A stretch of DNA of 64,000 bases from Raillietiella orientalis (taxonomy: Eukaryota): contig JAYWIR010000042.1 in assembly GCA_036172245.1 (NCBI GenBank), forward strand, positions 930,001 through 994,000, written 5' to 3'. The notes beneath the pieces were generated by a model, which had not been told where the DNA came from, searched no databases, and worked only from the letters and a program-made list of their open reading frames with translations. Both the position numbers and the translations under genes were made by a program. Below are positions 40,901-52,900 of this stretch, in pieces (the stretch's first letter is position 1; the number at the start of each line of letters is the position of its first letter).

Positions 40901-43900
40901 AAAGCTGCGATTCCTAGTGTTCAGAATTACCATCAAAACACAGGATCCGGTCCTCCGTCTGGAATTTCTAAGCACAAAAGTTGCAGATGACCTCACCGAA
41001 CCCCTCTTAGTTATTTGCTAGAATGGCTTATGAATGTTTAGGGAGCGCATCGTATGTGTGTCATATGTGTTGCGATAATGAACGGATGATGAAGACAATG
41101 AGTCGATGAAACGAACGTAGCAAGAGTATTGAAGACTGGAAATGGAGGATCACAATGCTACCAGCAAGGCAGGCGTTCTTGCTAGGAAAATAAAAGATAT
41201 GAAAGCGAAAGCTGCTCCGGTGGCAAAATACAGGACCTCCAGGATAATCATTTTACCATTCGCATTAGTCGGAATTCATTCAACATCTTGTGCTCGTGTG
41301 GCTTTCAGAAAACGAGACTCAATTCTGAAGGTGCATATCGAAACCATGGAAACTGGAAAAGGTGAAAAATCCAATCAACCTAAACACACCGCAAGACTCT
41401 GTAAAACCTCATGCTTGATCTTTCCAGTAGACTCGAAACAACTTTGAAAATTAAGGGGGTAGCTGTGCAAAGTTCTGCTCTCGTCGCTGAATATACATCT
41501 ACCAACTTATTGTAGCCTTGACAAATTGTAGATTCATCTGCCGCTTATACCATCGTCATGAATACGTCATCTTGAGCGAATTCCTAAAAAGTTTGAAGGA
41601 TCTTCCAGAGATCATGTGAAAGAAAAGCTGGTTTTCGTTTCCTGAGTACTCCGAAGTGTTTGTAGATATTTCACACGCGAAACTCACAGTTTCATCAGAC
41701 GTGCACCACGATCAGATGTGATGTGAGGATGTAGCATCTACCCAGAATGCTACATCGATTTCCGAATTCAGCGCGGCTTCTTACAATCTTTCTGCAGATT
41801 TCGAAGTTTTCAAGAAACTTCTGGCTGGCTACCAATGGCTACTTTCAGGGTTTTTCCTCTCGCACCTTTACGAGTATGACACCTTCGCAGCTTGCTGGAT
41901 GACGGAAGATCCAGAGACTGTAAGGGATCCACATGACAATGAAGCAGGAAATCCAATTCCTCCTGTAAGGTCCTTTCTGCTTCTTTTCATCGTCTCTCCC
42001 CATTGCGTTCTCTTTATGCTTCTGGCTACGAGAAGCAGGAATGGTGAAGAGGCGCATCAGAAAGTGCTCTGGTAACGCATTTCAGGGGAGCTGCCTTCTG
42101 CCATTTTACACACTTTGCTGATTCCTAGTGATCCTACCATTCCTTCCATCACCAATGATTGGTGATGAAGAGATTTCAAGTCTCCGGGATGAGTTACAAG
42201 TAGAGCTTTACTCAGCGCTCATAGAGAACCTGTACCAAAAGGTTGGAAGTGGAGAGAAGGTGCGAGCCTTGAAGACTCTCAAGGATCGGAGGAATAGCGG
42301 ACTCCTTGGGATCTTGGAGAAAGCTCCTGAACAACTCCTAAGTGGAAAGAGTGGCTCCAGCATTCCAAAGAATACTAACTTCCGGGCGGTGCTTGCACTT
42401 CAGCCTCCCGGAACGCCGATCTTCATCCGTACCCTGAGGCACCTTCTCTCTGTTTTCCGACCAGGAGGGAAAGCAATTCTTGTGCCTATAGAAAGGATAC
42501 GAATGGATCGTGAAAGAGTGAGGAGATAGGGAGGTTTCATGAAACCCGAGATGAAAATTGTAGAGAGAACTGAAGAACAATGTGGAGGAGCACTACCTCT
42601 ACTGTAGCTGCGTAGGAATTACTTTTCACCCAGATGGTTTCTCGACTTCGAAGCAGCTTCCGGTCCCAAGCACGAAGCGTTTCATTCTCTCCCTCCCCTC
42701 TCCTGGTAAGAAAGAGAGAGAGAAAATCACATCTTTCTTGTTTGCTTTTCCGTTCTCTTTCTTCCTTCCTGGGAGGCATCCTGGAAATGACGGCAGGTTC
42801 AGGATGACAGGGCCTCCAGCCTCCGACGGAACTGCCACCATCCTTACTCTTCTCTCATCCGCCTCTTTGGATTTTGGAACACTCTCGTACCTTTCCTTCC
42901 CATCTCAAGGAAGACTTCGACATTCCTGCTGAGCTTGCAGTCCACGCGTCCGATCCGCCCCCTCCTTTCTCTATTTTGGCTGCGACGAAAGCAGGGGAAT
43001 GTCGCAGACTGAGAGGTGGACACTGCACCGCCGACAGTTGCTTCGCAGCTTCCACTCCGAGCTCCCATCGGTCACGGACCTTGGTGTCCCCAAGAAGAGA
43101 CATTTTTCATCCCGTCGTCATGGTAGCCGGGAGAACCAGCAGCCTGAGTCGGAGCATCTCTCATCTCGGTGCCGCCCTTCCTGAGAGCGCTTCCAAGGAA
43201 GCGCATCGCATCTTCCCCACCTTCCATAGGTGCAGGCAGACTCGCTGACAAACTCACCGCCTGCATGGCAACGATGTAGCTCTCTATGCGCCCTCTAGGG
43301 TTTTCTCCTCCATGGGAGCACGAAGGAGTCCTCCGATGACAGACAAACCGTGTCCTCGTGGTCTTCGGCTGTTCGTCGACGCCCGCCCTCTCGCTCCCTT
43401 CGTTTGAGAGAAGAAGGCGAAGAGTGGAAAAAGAAAAAAAAACGCAATGGAAGAGGAGAAGTGAGGCTCAGATGCGGAACGCCGAAGCCTTCCTGCTTAG
43501 GTGGCGGTTCTGCGCTCAAAAGCGGTGGGCTGAAGCTTCCCCAGGCCATCTGCCAAGTGAGGCGCGCCTCGCGACTATGGCGGCTCGGCTACGATGTCGG
43601 CCTCAGGCGCGCCCAAAGCGAGAGGGAATGCATCCTTCGAAGTCTTTGCGAAGTCTCTTCGAACGTTGCTTCCTGCACGATCTCCCGCGTCAGAGCCCTC
43701 TGGGGGCAAGCCCAGACTCGGACCCTGGTCGTGCAGTCAGCAACGCTTCCCCTCCCTCTTTCCCGTCCGGACGGTTTCTCCGGCCGCCAGGTGCGTTCTT
43801 CAGCCAGCGCTCCCATGGACTCAGAACGGAGGACACGTGCCCCTTGCTGCGCGGCTTGGGGAACGCCTGGAACATTTGGTTGGGGGCGCACGAAGGGCAA

Positions 43901-46900
43901 GGAGTTGAGTCAAGGGTGTCCTCAAGTGGATGCCGCTATGCTGAATCCGGGAGAGGCAAGGATCCGGAAACTAGGAAGACTGTCGTGCCGGCGAGGGCTA
44001 CAGAGTGAGTGAGTGCTGGGAACGGCGGGGACTTCCTCTCTCCTTCCCTTCCTCATCCCCCTTCCCACTGTGCCTACTGTCGGAAGGCTAGCTTACACTC
44101 GACTGTTAGATGGATCCTCTTGCTGATGCTTGGAGGAACGCCGTTCCTGGCTACGCACAAGTACCAACCCATGTCGCTCCTACTGACGCTCTCCAGGTGC
44201 AGGGTGTCCCCCTGCCTCCTCTTCGCCACTGAGAGGAGGAAGAAAGTGGTGAAGGGCAGTGAGGAGACGAGAGGTCACGTGGGATCCTTACCTTGAAGGC
44301 CCCTCCCGGATGGGATGCCCCTTTCGTCCTCCCGCTCCCAGTAGATACGCGGTAGGGGAGACCCCGTGGCGCGGCAGGTCAGGTTCTTTCCGCTTCCTTC
44401 CCTCACTCGTGCGTCCCTCGAGGACTGCTCGTCCAGGATGTTTGGGGGCACTGGAGAGGGGTCAGTGGATAGGTGGGAAGGTTCTCCAGAGATAGGGACG
44501 GGCCGCAGGGTGGTACCTTCCACGCCCAGGTAGGCGAAGGACGATTTGGCCTTGACCGTGTTGATCTGGCACATGTACATCCCCCGGTCGCTCTCCCGAA
44601 CGTCTCGGATGTGCAGAAAGAACGTCCGCTGCCGGTCGTGGGAGACAGAGATCCTGGGGTTCCTTGTGATCACGTGGTTCTGCACCGTCAGGATGGCCGA
44701 CTGCCGGTAGCGGATCCAGGCCACCTGGAACATGAGCGCTCTTAGGTGCTCGACTTGTTCCAGAGGAGAGGAAGAGAGATGAACCAGCAGGGGAGAGGCG
44801 AGGGAAGGGAGGAAGCGGCGCGCCTCTTGCTCTTTCCTTGCTTGGAGTCGGCGCGAGCCTGTGGAGGGTGTCCCACAGGAGTCAAGGAGAGGAGAGGGTC
44901 GCATCCCGGCGTTCCCCTTGCATTGTCTCTCGGACAGCAGGAGAGAAAGGCCCTCCATCTCCTCTTTCTTTCCACTCCTTCGCTTTAATCTTTGGAGTGC
45001 CTTCACCGGAAGAAGACATCTTCCGTTTCCGGATTAGGTTTTTGGGAGAACGGAAGGGAGAGTTGTGGCGAGTTTTCAGCTGGCAGTGATCCTGTCTCAG
45101 TTTCCGTCCTCGATTAGGACGTCGCCCGTGCAACCCGGGGCAAAGAATGGGGAGCATGAAGAGATCTTCTCGCCACTGTCCCAATCTATTTCTATGCAGC
45201 TGCCCATCAGGAAGGAGAAGATCGATAGGGGAGACTAGGGTGGAAGGAGAAAAGTTATGGACAGGAGGTGCAGGAGTAAGCTGGTGGCAGGGTGGAGAGT
45301 GCACGAAGGAAAGGTAGGGAAGAAAAGGCAGAAGAGGAGGAGAGGGGAGGGCAGAGGAAAAGAGGAGGAGGCAGTGGGAGGTGCTATCACCTCCCTCTGC
45401 CTCTGCTGCTGTTGAGCATTCGAGGAGGAAGAGGAGAAGGAGACGGCAGAAGAGGAGGAGGGGAGGAGGACGAATGAGGAGAAGTGAGAATAGAGGAGGA
45501 AGAGGAGAGGAAAAGGAAAGGAGGAGAAAGAAGAAGGTAGATGGAAAGAGGAGGTGGAAGGGAATGGGGAAAGTGCTTTGGGATGCAAAGAGCAGGGGGA
45601 GGAGGGTATCTCTTGGGCGCATTTGCCGTAGTTGGCGCAGAGACGGGGAAAGACATTTCACGCTAGGGCGCGCGGAACTGCAGGCTCCGTCCTTCCACTC
45701 GGTCCGATCGATCCTCCGCGTAGGAAAATCGCTTGGTTCTTTCTCTGCTGCCTCTGCGGGCTTCTCAGAGAGTTGGTCCACTGCCGCCCCTGAGACTTTG
45801 GCCAGAGAGCTCTGAGGGCTTCTGAGGACGTCTGTCTCGAGCGCCTCCTTGGACTCCCTTCCCTGCCCCTTCTCCTCCGCGTCCTTCATCATGGCGAGCG
45901 TCGCTGCCGCCTGAGACCTCGGGAGGAAACAGCGCCACAAGCGCTGCAGCCCAATGCGTGGCGATTGATAAGCTGAGATGCTGCCGCGGCGGCATCCCCG
46001 GACGACAACACCCGTAGTCTACCCGCGGTGGCACGGCGTCTCCTCTTGTTGCAGGTTCCGGAGAATCTCGTTACCTCTTCCGATTTCTGGGTAGGCACAC
46101 TGTTCCCTGAGGAGCTTTGTCGTGACTGCCCTCTCCCTCCTCCACACACACGCACACACTCGCTCGTCTTGATGTCTGTGGGCGGTCACAGAGACCCTCT
46201 TCCTAGGAAGATCTTCCCGCTTCACAGTCTCTTCTCGAACCACACCCGCACCCTCTCTTTCAGTGGTAAAGCGGCGGCACCGTGGTCACTTCGTCCCTTT
46301 CCCGTGGCCCTCCTTCGCGAGGCGAGGATCTCGTCTCGCTAGGAAGCTGCCCAACTTGCAGCAGCCAGCGACTCCCGCCTTCATCATCTGCTAATTATCG
46401 AGCGCGTCGGTACTCGTTTAATCTGACGGCCACACGCCGAGCGCGCGTTCGCTGATTAGCCGGTCGGACGCTCCCCGTCTTTTCCCGGTTTTCTTCCCCC
46501 CCCCCTTCTCCCCTCTCCTCCCTGCTCCCTCCTCATTCGCTCCTTCGTCCCTTTCTACTCCCCCTCCCCCTATCCGCCGCCGCTGCTCGCTTTAATTGAA
46601 AGAGAGGGAGTGGAGCCTCTCCCGCGATACACAAATCTGCGACAGGACGAAACCTCTTAATGAAAATTCGCCCGCGAAAGGCGGCAGCATGAAGGGAGGT
46701 GAGAAGACTGAGCGGAAGGGGAGGAGAACCAGCCAGCTTGCAGGAAGCTGTATGCGGACCGATTGCCTGGCAGCGACGCAGATGAAAGCAGAGATGTGGC
46801 AGGTGCTCTCCAGAGGAGGAACTTCAGCTATCGGTGCGGAAGGGAAGGAGGGAAGGGGCCGTTACACTTTTCGCTCTGCAGTGACTTGTCCATCCCGAAA

Positions 46901-49900
46901 GCTGGTAGAGGGCAGCCCGATGCGTCCTCTTCGGGGAGCAACCAGGTAGCCGACGGCTCCGTGGATCACACGCGGCGCGGTCGAGGACAGCACGTTTCGG
47001 CTGCATGTGGGTTGTTGCGTCCAGACTTCCAGCCTTGCCAGACCCTCCCCCTGGACCGGTATGAAGCCAGCCATCGCCCGTCGTTGTGCCACTGGGGCAA
47101 TTCCTATGAACCCTACTGAGTCTTCTCTCGCGCTAACCTCGGCTTCCAGGAGAGGCGCGGAAGGCGGAAGCGCGAGCCCAGAGGAAAACGGGAGAGGGCT
47201 GACCTCACAAGGCAGGGAGGTAGGTACTCTCCCTTGGTCAGAAAGTCTCCTTCCTCCCTTCTTACTAATTCCAGGACAGACTGAGAGGGAGAGGGCTTGA
47301 GAGCCGCCCTTTTGGTATTGACTGAACAGCTAAATCTTCCAGAAACCGACTCAGGGTCTTCCTCGCCATCTCCAAGACTACAGCCCCACGTCATCGGTCA
47401 GGTGTGTAGTCGAAAGGGAAAGCAGGAGAACAATATCGGCTCATTGACCCCACCCTCACCCTCTTTTCATGGGCACTAGCCGGACCTGTCAGCGACCGCT
47501 CCCCTACGGAGTCGACCAGCCAGTCGCGGAGATCACTCCTGAGGGTTGATCTATTTTCAGTAAAGCCGGGAAGGAGTTCGCAGAAACATTCTCCCCTTGC
47601 TCCCTAGTCGGAAGAGCGGAAGAAGGTGGGAATGCCTCGCCTTTCCCTGCAAACAGGGAGGAAAGAGTGGGATAGGATCAAGCGGATGGCTGTGGGAAGG
47701 AGTTTCGGACGGGAAAATTCTCCTGCAGGGCAGGGGAGGATCCGGAGGGAGGGTGACCTTGAGGTCGAGGAGCATGTCAGGGAGGACGAGCTTCCTCCCG
47801 AGTCATGGAGTTCCCCACCCCCATGGAGTCTCCAGACGCGCCTGGAGATGATCCTCCCCCGCGCCTGCCGAATGGAGTCAAGAGAAGGAGGAGGAATCCT
47901 GAGGGGACCCTGGAGGACGGAGCTTGCGTCCCGTCCTCCTTTCCTAATCTCCCACCGATGGCCCGAGAGAAGGTCATTCCTTTCCACCTCGAGGACGGGA
48001 CACTCACCTTGTAGGATCCAAGATTTTTCACAGTGCAGGGAAACTTGACGTCTCTTCCCACGGGAACGGTGGCGTTGGGGATGACGTCGGCAAACTCAGG
48101 CTCGGGTTCTGGAAAGCAGCGACTGACCGTCAAAAGCGCCTCCTCCTTCCCATCAAGAGAGCCCCTACTACCCCTTAAGTTGGCTCTTCTCCCCCCTACT
48201 TCTTCCTTTAGCCTCATCGCACCACTTCTATCTCCTGCTCGGCATGGACCCTGATCTCACCTCGTTCCTGTGTGATCCTTATACCTAGTACTAGAGTACC
48301 GCTTTTCTCTACCCCCTAACACAGTCCCTACTCAATCTCTGCCTACTCTCCCACTCACCCAATAAGTCTTTGATGACACCACCGTCAAATCCCTACTTAA
48401 TCTTCTCTCTCCTGCTCTACTCTTCAAACCACCACCTGCACTGCCTCTCCCTGAACCAAATCTCTCCCCATCTTCATTGCACCAATTCATTATCTTCCCA
48501 ACTCAGTCCCTATTTTGTCCGGGACCGAATCTCAATTGTGCATCCATCAATTCTCACATCCTACGCTTCACATCGGGAGCCCCTTTGCCTAGAGCCGCCG
48601 TTGTCACTGGGGCAGTTCCTATGAACCCCACTGGGGCCTTCTCTTGCGTTCCCCTCGATTCCAGACCGTCGGCAAACCTACTGATAATCTCAAGGAAGCG
48701 CTCAAGCTTCCATCTCCTTTCTTTAGTAAAGGCACAGTTGAACGTGACACCTCCTGGCAATCTTCTCCGTGTGGTGCGCTGCGACCTCTGGCTCCCTGCA
48801 TTCGGGTTCCTCACCTGTTTTCTTTGCGCGGAACAACGAAGGAAGACATCCCACAAGCAGTGAGGTCAGTGGAACTGCAGGACGCTGGTGCTGTGCTCGG
48901 AAAAGCGCAGCACCAGCCTCCCTTCTGCTCTGCCATCATCTCTCTTCTTCTTTCTTCTGGACCCCAAGCAAGCTGGCAGAAGCACTCAAAAGCATCTGAT
49001 TCCCCTCCCTTCCCCCTTTACCGAGGCTCCGTTGTATCCTGGGACTCTACCGGAAGAGCATCCCTGTCCCCTCAGCTGTTTTTACGCCCTCACGCTTCCC
49101 TCTAGCATTGTTTTCCGTTCTGTCCCTCTGCTCCTTGGATGCCTCGCTGCCTTCTGGAGCCACTTCACCTCCACCTTCCCTGCCTCCTCCCTGCCATTGT
49201 CTTCTTGTCTCTTTTCCTCGTTTCCATGCAAAAACCGTTAAGTTCCTGTCTAAAGTTGTGTTCTTCCGTCGTCTACCTGATCTTCGCCTCTACCTCAGTT
49301 ACCTTAAGTGACTCATTTAGTAACAGCATCACCTCAAACCAAGAAGCACCCGCACACAAGGAGCTGCTTTCCCTCCCTTGCGAGCAAGTGCTTCTGTTTT
49401 CCTTCTTCATGGTGACAGATCACTGCTGGAGTAACTTGTCATGATGTTCTCTTGCTCAGAGAGGTCCCCCGGGTAGCACAGATGCCTCCTGCCCTCTTTT
49501 CCTGTGCTTCTTTCCCTCTCGATGGGGAGCAACGACCTTGGCTGGCTGGGCTCCCAGCGTTTCGCGCCAGATCCCTCCGCGTTGCTAGTGGTCATTCCCG
49601 CCACGACAAGCGAATCAGCGGGAGAAGAATGGAAAGTCGGCGCATCCATCGCACACGTGTCAGCCTCTCCCGCATCTCGCAAGGCAGGTTCTCCATCTCT
49701 GCCACGGTCACCTTGTCTAGCTGTTTTTCTGGTAGGGACCACCTTCGAAGCTTGGGATCTCCTTTACCAGGTAGAAGAGTTCGTTTTCTCTCTCCTCGGT
49801 GTGAGATCGTCTGGAACGGGGCCACTGCGCTCGTTCCTCCTGCTTCCTGAACTTTTCTTCTTCCTTCCGCGGGAAGCCTTCGATTACGTCCGCTTTGAGA

Positions 49901-52900
49901 AAGAAAAAAACGGGGCGGGAAGGACATTGCACACGCTTTGCGGCGGAGCCTTGCGTGCAGCCAGTCCCCGAGGGTTCAGCATGAGGGATTCGTGTGGCTT
50001 GCTAAGGAACTGCCTAGGTGCTCCTAGTAATGCAGGAGGTTTGCGGCGAGGGTCCCGAGATGAGCGCTCGCATCACATTCATCTCCGAAGTCCTTGAAGA
50101 GCAGGAGGAACCGGAGTCGCTTTGCTCCATTTCAGTCTCCCAGGAGATTTACCTCCACGGGAGCGCGGAAACCGGAATGCATCATGGCTTTTACGAGATA
50201 GGAATCTGTCTGCTGAAGAGGGGGACATCACGGATCTGGTGTGCCGAGCATCATCACTCCCTCCACCCTTTTGGAGCCTTCTTCCCTTTCATCTTCTTCG
50301 GTTTCCAGGTGATCCGTCCTTTCTTGCTGCTCCTGGACATTTCCTTCCACAGAAGCGCAGGTTCATTCGCTTTGGGACGAAAGAGTTTGGGCTTCGGCCC
50401 AACTTCTCCGTTCGTGGAGATGGGACGAGGCGAAAAAGCACTCTGTGACCTCGGGCAAGCGGGAAGTTTCTTCTTCCAGCGTTGCGGGATGCTTCGATGT
50501 TCGAAGATCGGAGCATCTTCTCTCGCTCCCCCCTACATCAGAGAGAATCCCTCTCTCCGACCCGAGGAGGTTCAGAGAAGGTTCCCTCGCAGGCACACAG
50601 ACCCATTCTTTTTGTAGCGGCGACACGGTTGCCAGCGCGGGTGTGTGGCCGTGGTCTCCGCGCGCGACACCCAGCGTCGCGGGTTCGAATCCCCCCAGGG
50701 CGAAGCATCGAGACCAGAGAAATGGGGGTGCGTCGTGGATTTCGAGTTCCCTCCCACAAGATGGCACTGAATGGCTTGCCTTCGTGTGAGGCACTGGTAG
50801 AAGCTAGTAAAAACTGGATGCCTCCGATGAGTGGCCAGGATCGGAGGTCGACCCTCCGGGATCCTTCCAGGACATCAAGGAGTCAGTCTTCTTCGAAATT
50901 TGTCTCCTCTGGCTGTAAAGATCGAGCTGTCCCTTTTTTGATGGGACCCTCCATCGCTCAGCACGGAGCTGCTCGACACGTATGCCCTCGGAGGGTTTCA
51001 TCTCCAGAGTGTAAGGAGCGCGCTCTGCTCCCTTCGAGGTTCTTTGCAGGGGAGGAAACAAGGAGTGATTCCCAAAGAAGAAATCAGGAGATCCTTTCCG
51101 GCTTCTTTTCAGAGAAGAAATGAAAAGCAGCCTCCTCCGTGGGACCCCTCCTGAGAGAATTAGGAAAATGATTCCCTTCGGGACACCCTTCCGAGACAAC
51201 CAGAGTGGGGGGATCTCTCCACAGTTCCCTACCAAGAGTAAGGGGAAAAGACTTTTTTTCCTCAAGAGCCTGCCTGGATTTCTAGGGTAGTCCCCTCCCG
51301 TGGCAACCCCTAACTCGAAGAGTTCACACGCGCTTTCAGGTGGCCGTGGAGCAGCGTCAAGGAGACTCGTCAGCCGTCAGGAGAGCTACGGTTCTTGAGT
51401 TGCTGGGCAAATCAAAGGTACACGGCGGAACTCCTCTTCCGCTGAAGATCGGGCTGTCGCCAGGCAGCGGCTCTGGGCCTGCTTGGTGGTTGCGAAGTCT
51501 TCTCAACAGCTCTGCAAGGCAGCGCGAGCGCAACTTGAGAGTGCTCTGCTCAGACCACGACCCTTTGACCACCGCCGCGGAACGAAAGCTTCAGTCGCAA
51601 CATTTGCGCTGGCTGGGGTCTCCCGAAAGGATACGAGGAGTCCTCTGGGACTCCAGGAGTCAAGAGGCCACTTTTGTTCTTTCCAGAAAGAACGGTAATC
51701 TGTTTTTCCTCCTTGAAGGAGTTCCTGAATCTGCTTCGGCTCCCGAAACACTCCAGCTAAGGTACACAGATCGTTTGCCCTCTGTCCATCTTTGTCGCTG
51801 GCAGAGGATGCGGGCTGCAGGTGGACCTTCCGGAGAGATCCTTCGCAGGAGCCCAAAGACACTGCGGGCCTGTGACTTCGGCGCTTTTCGAGTGTCCGGT
51901 GGGGTGGGCATCAGGAAGAAGGGGGAAAAAGGGGCTGGAAGGGTGCAGAATTTGTTCGATATCGTGTCTGGAAGTCGTCCTTTCGTGTCTGAGGTTTAAG
52001 GCTATGTGAATGCCCCCCCACAGATGCCTCTTACGTGCCTCAAGAGTAAAGTTCTGGGAGGCTTCCAAAAAAGGTAGGATGGGAAAAAGGAGAAGGAACG
52101 ATCTAGGACGGATGGGGTCGTGTTTCTTACTGTGTCGAGTCCTGACTGTCGGCAGACTCGTCTCAGATGATCGCGTTCCCGGACCATCGGCCAAGCTGAG
52201 GTCAATGACCGTAGGGTGAAGAAGGGGTGAGGAAGGGAGATCGATCTGGAAGGGACCTACTGAGCACTCCTCCAGGAGAGAGCACGGTGTGATGCGAACG
52301 ACCTCCTGCCCAGCGGGACAAGTGGAAACGAACGGCTGCTGGACCAGGAAGGCACATGAAGGCCGCGATCAAAACACCGAGGCGTGCCGAATCGGTACTC
52401 TTCGCTACTGAGGGAAGACCCTTCTGATTCTTCCTGAAGATTCCCTGGAGGCACCAGAGAGTCACTCCAGGAGGTGACGTCCAGCTCCGAAGCGGCCGAA
52501 AGGACTATCAGACCTTTCCACCTGGAGGAAGCAGGAAATCCGACCGCACATTACCAGAGCTCCTCGAAAATGAGGTCCTCACGGGGATCGACTCTCATCC
52601 TGACGCAGCAAAGAGCAGTGGGTTTCGTAGGCTGCGTGGCCTTCGGCCCCGCTAGCACGACACCCACTGGGAGGGAGCTCTAGCCAACTTTGCAAAGGTC
52701 ACGTTCCTCTGGGTCGTCCTTTAAGGATGCCGGGCGGGAGGGGTTCAGGCATCGCGCCCAGCAGCGCTCAGAGACGTGCTTGGGGTCCCTCTCTGGGTGC
52801 GCGAACTGGAGGAGGAAGTAAAGTCGGCTGGCAGAATCCGTGAAGAGCGACGGCTGGAAGGAGGAACCCGCGCGCGCTTCAGGGAATCCGACAAGGCCGG

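Noticed and set aside
41845..42057. GPCR TM6-like peptide SCFIVMWIPYSLW
   Set aside because: Isolated motif with no other transmembrane segments or splice context.
44882..45940. 352-aa minus-strand ORF with a signal-peptide-like Leu run
   Set aside because: It is a product of the polypurine tract, and it lies inside the split Ig1 domain, so it cannot be a sensible first exon.
51350..51380. Hammerhead ribozyme on the minus strand (CUGACGA-GUC-UCCUU-GAC-G)
   Set aside because: The required GAAA is GCUG and the motif is not kept in SINE copy A. Other CUGANGA hits (2438, 16832, 30330) lack stem II.
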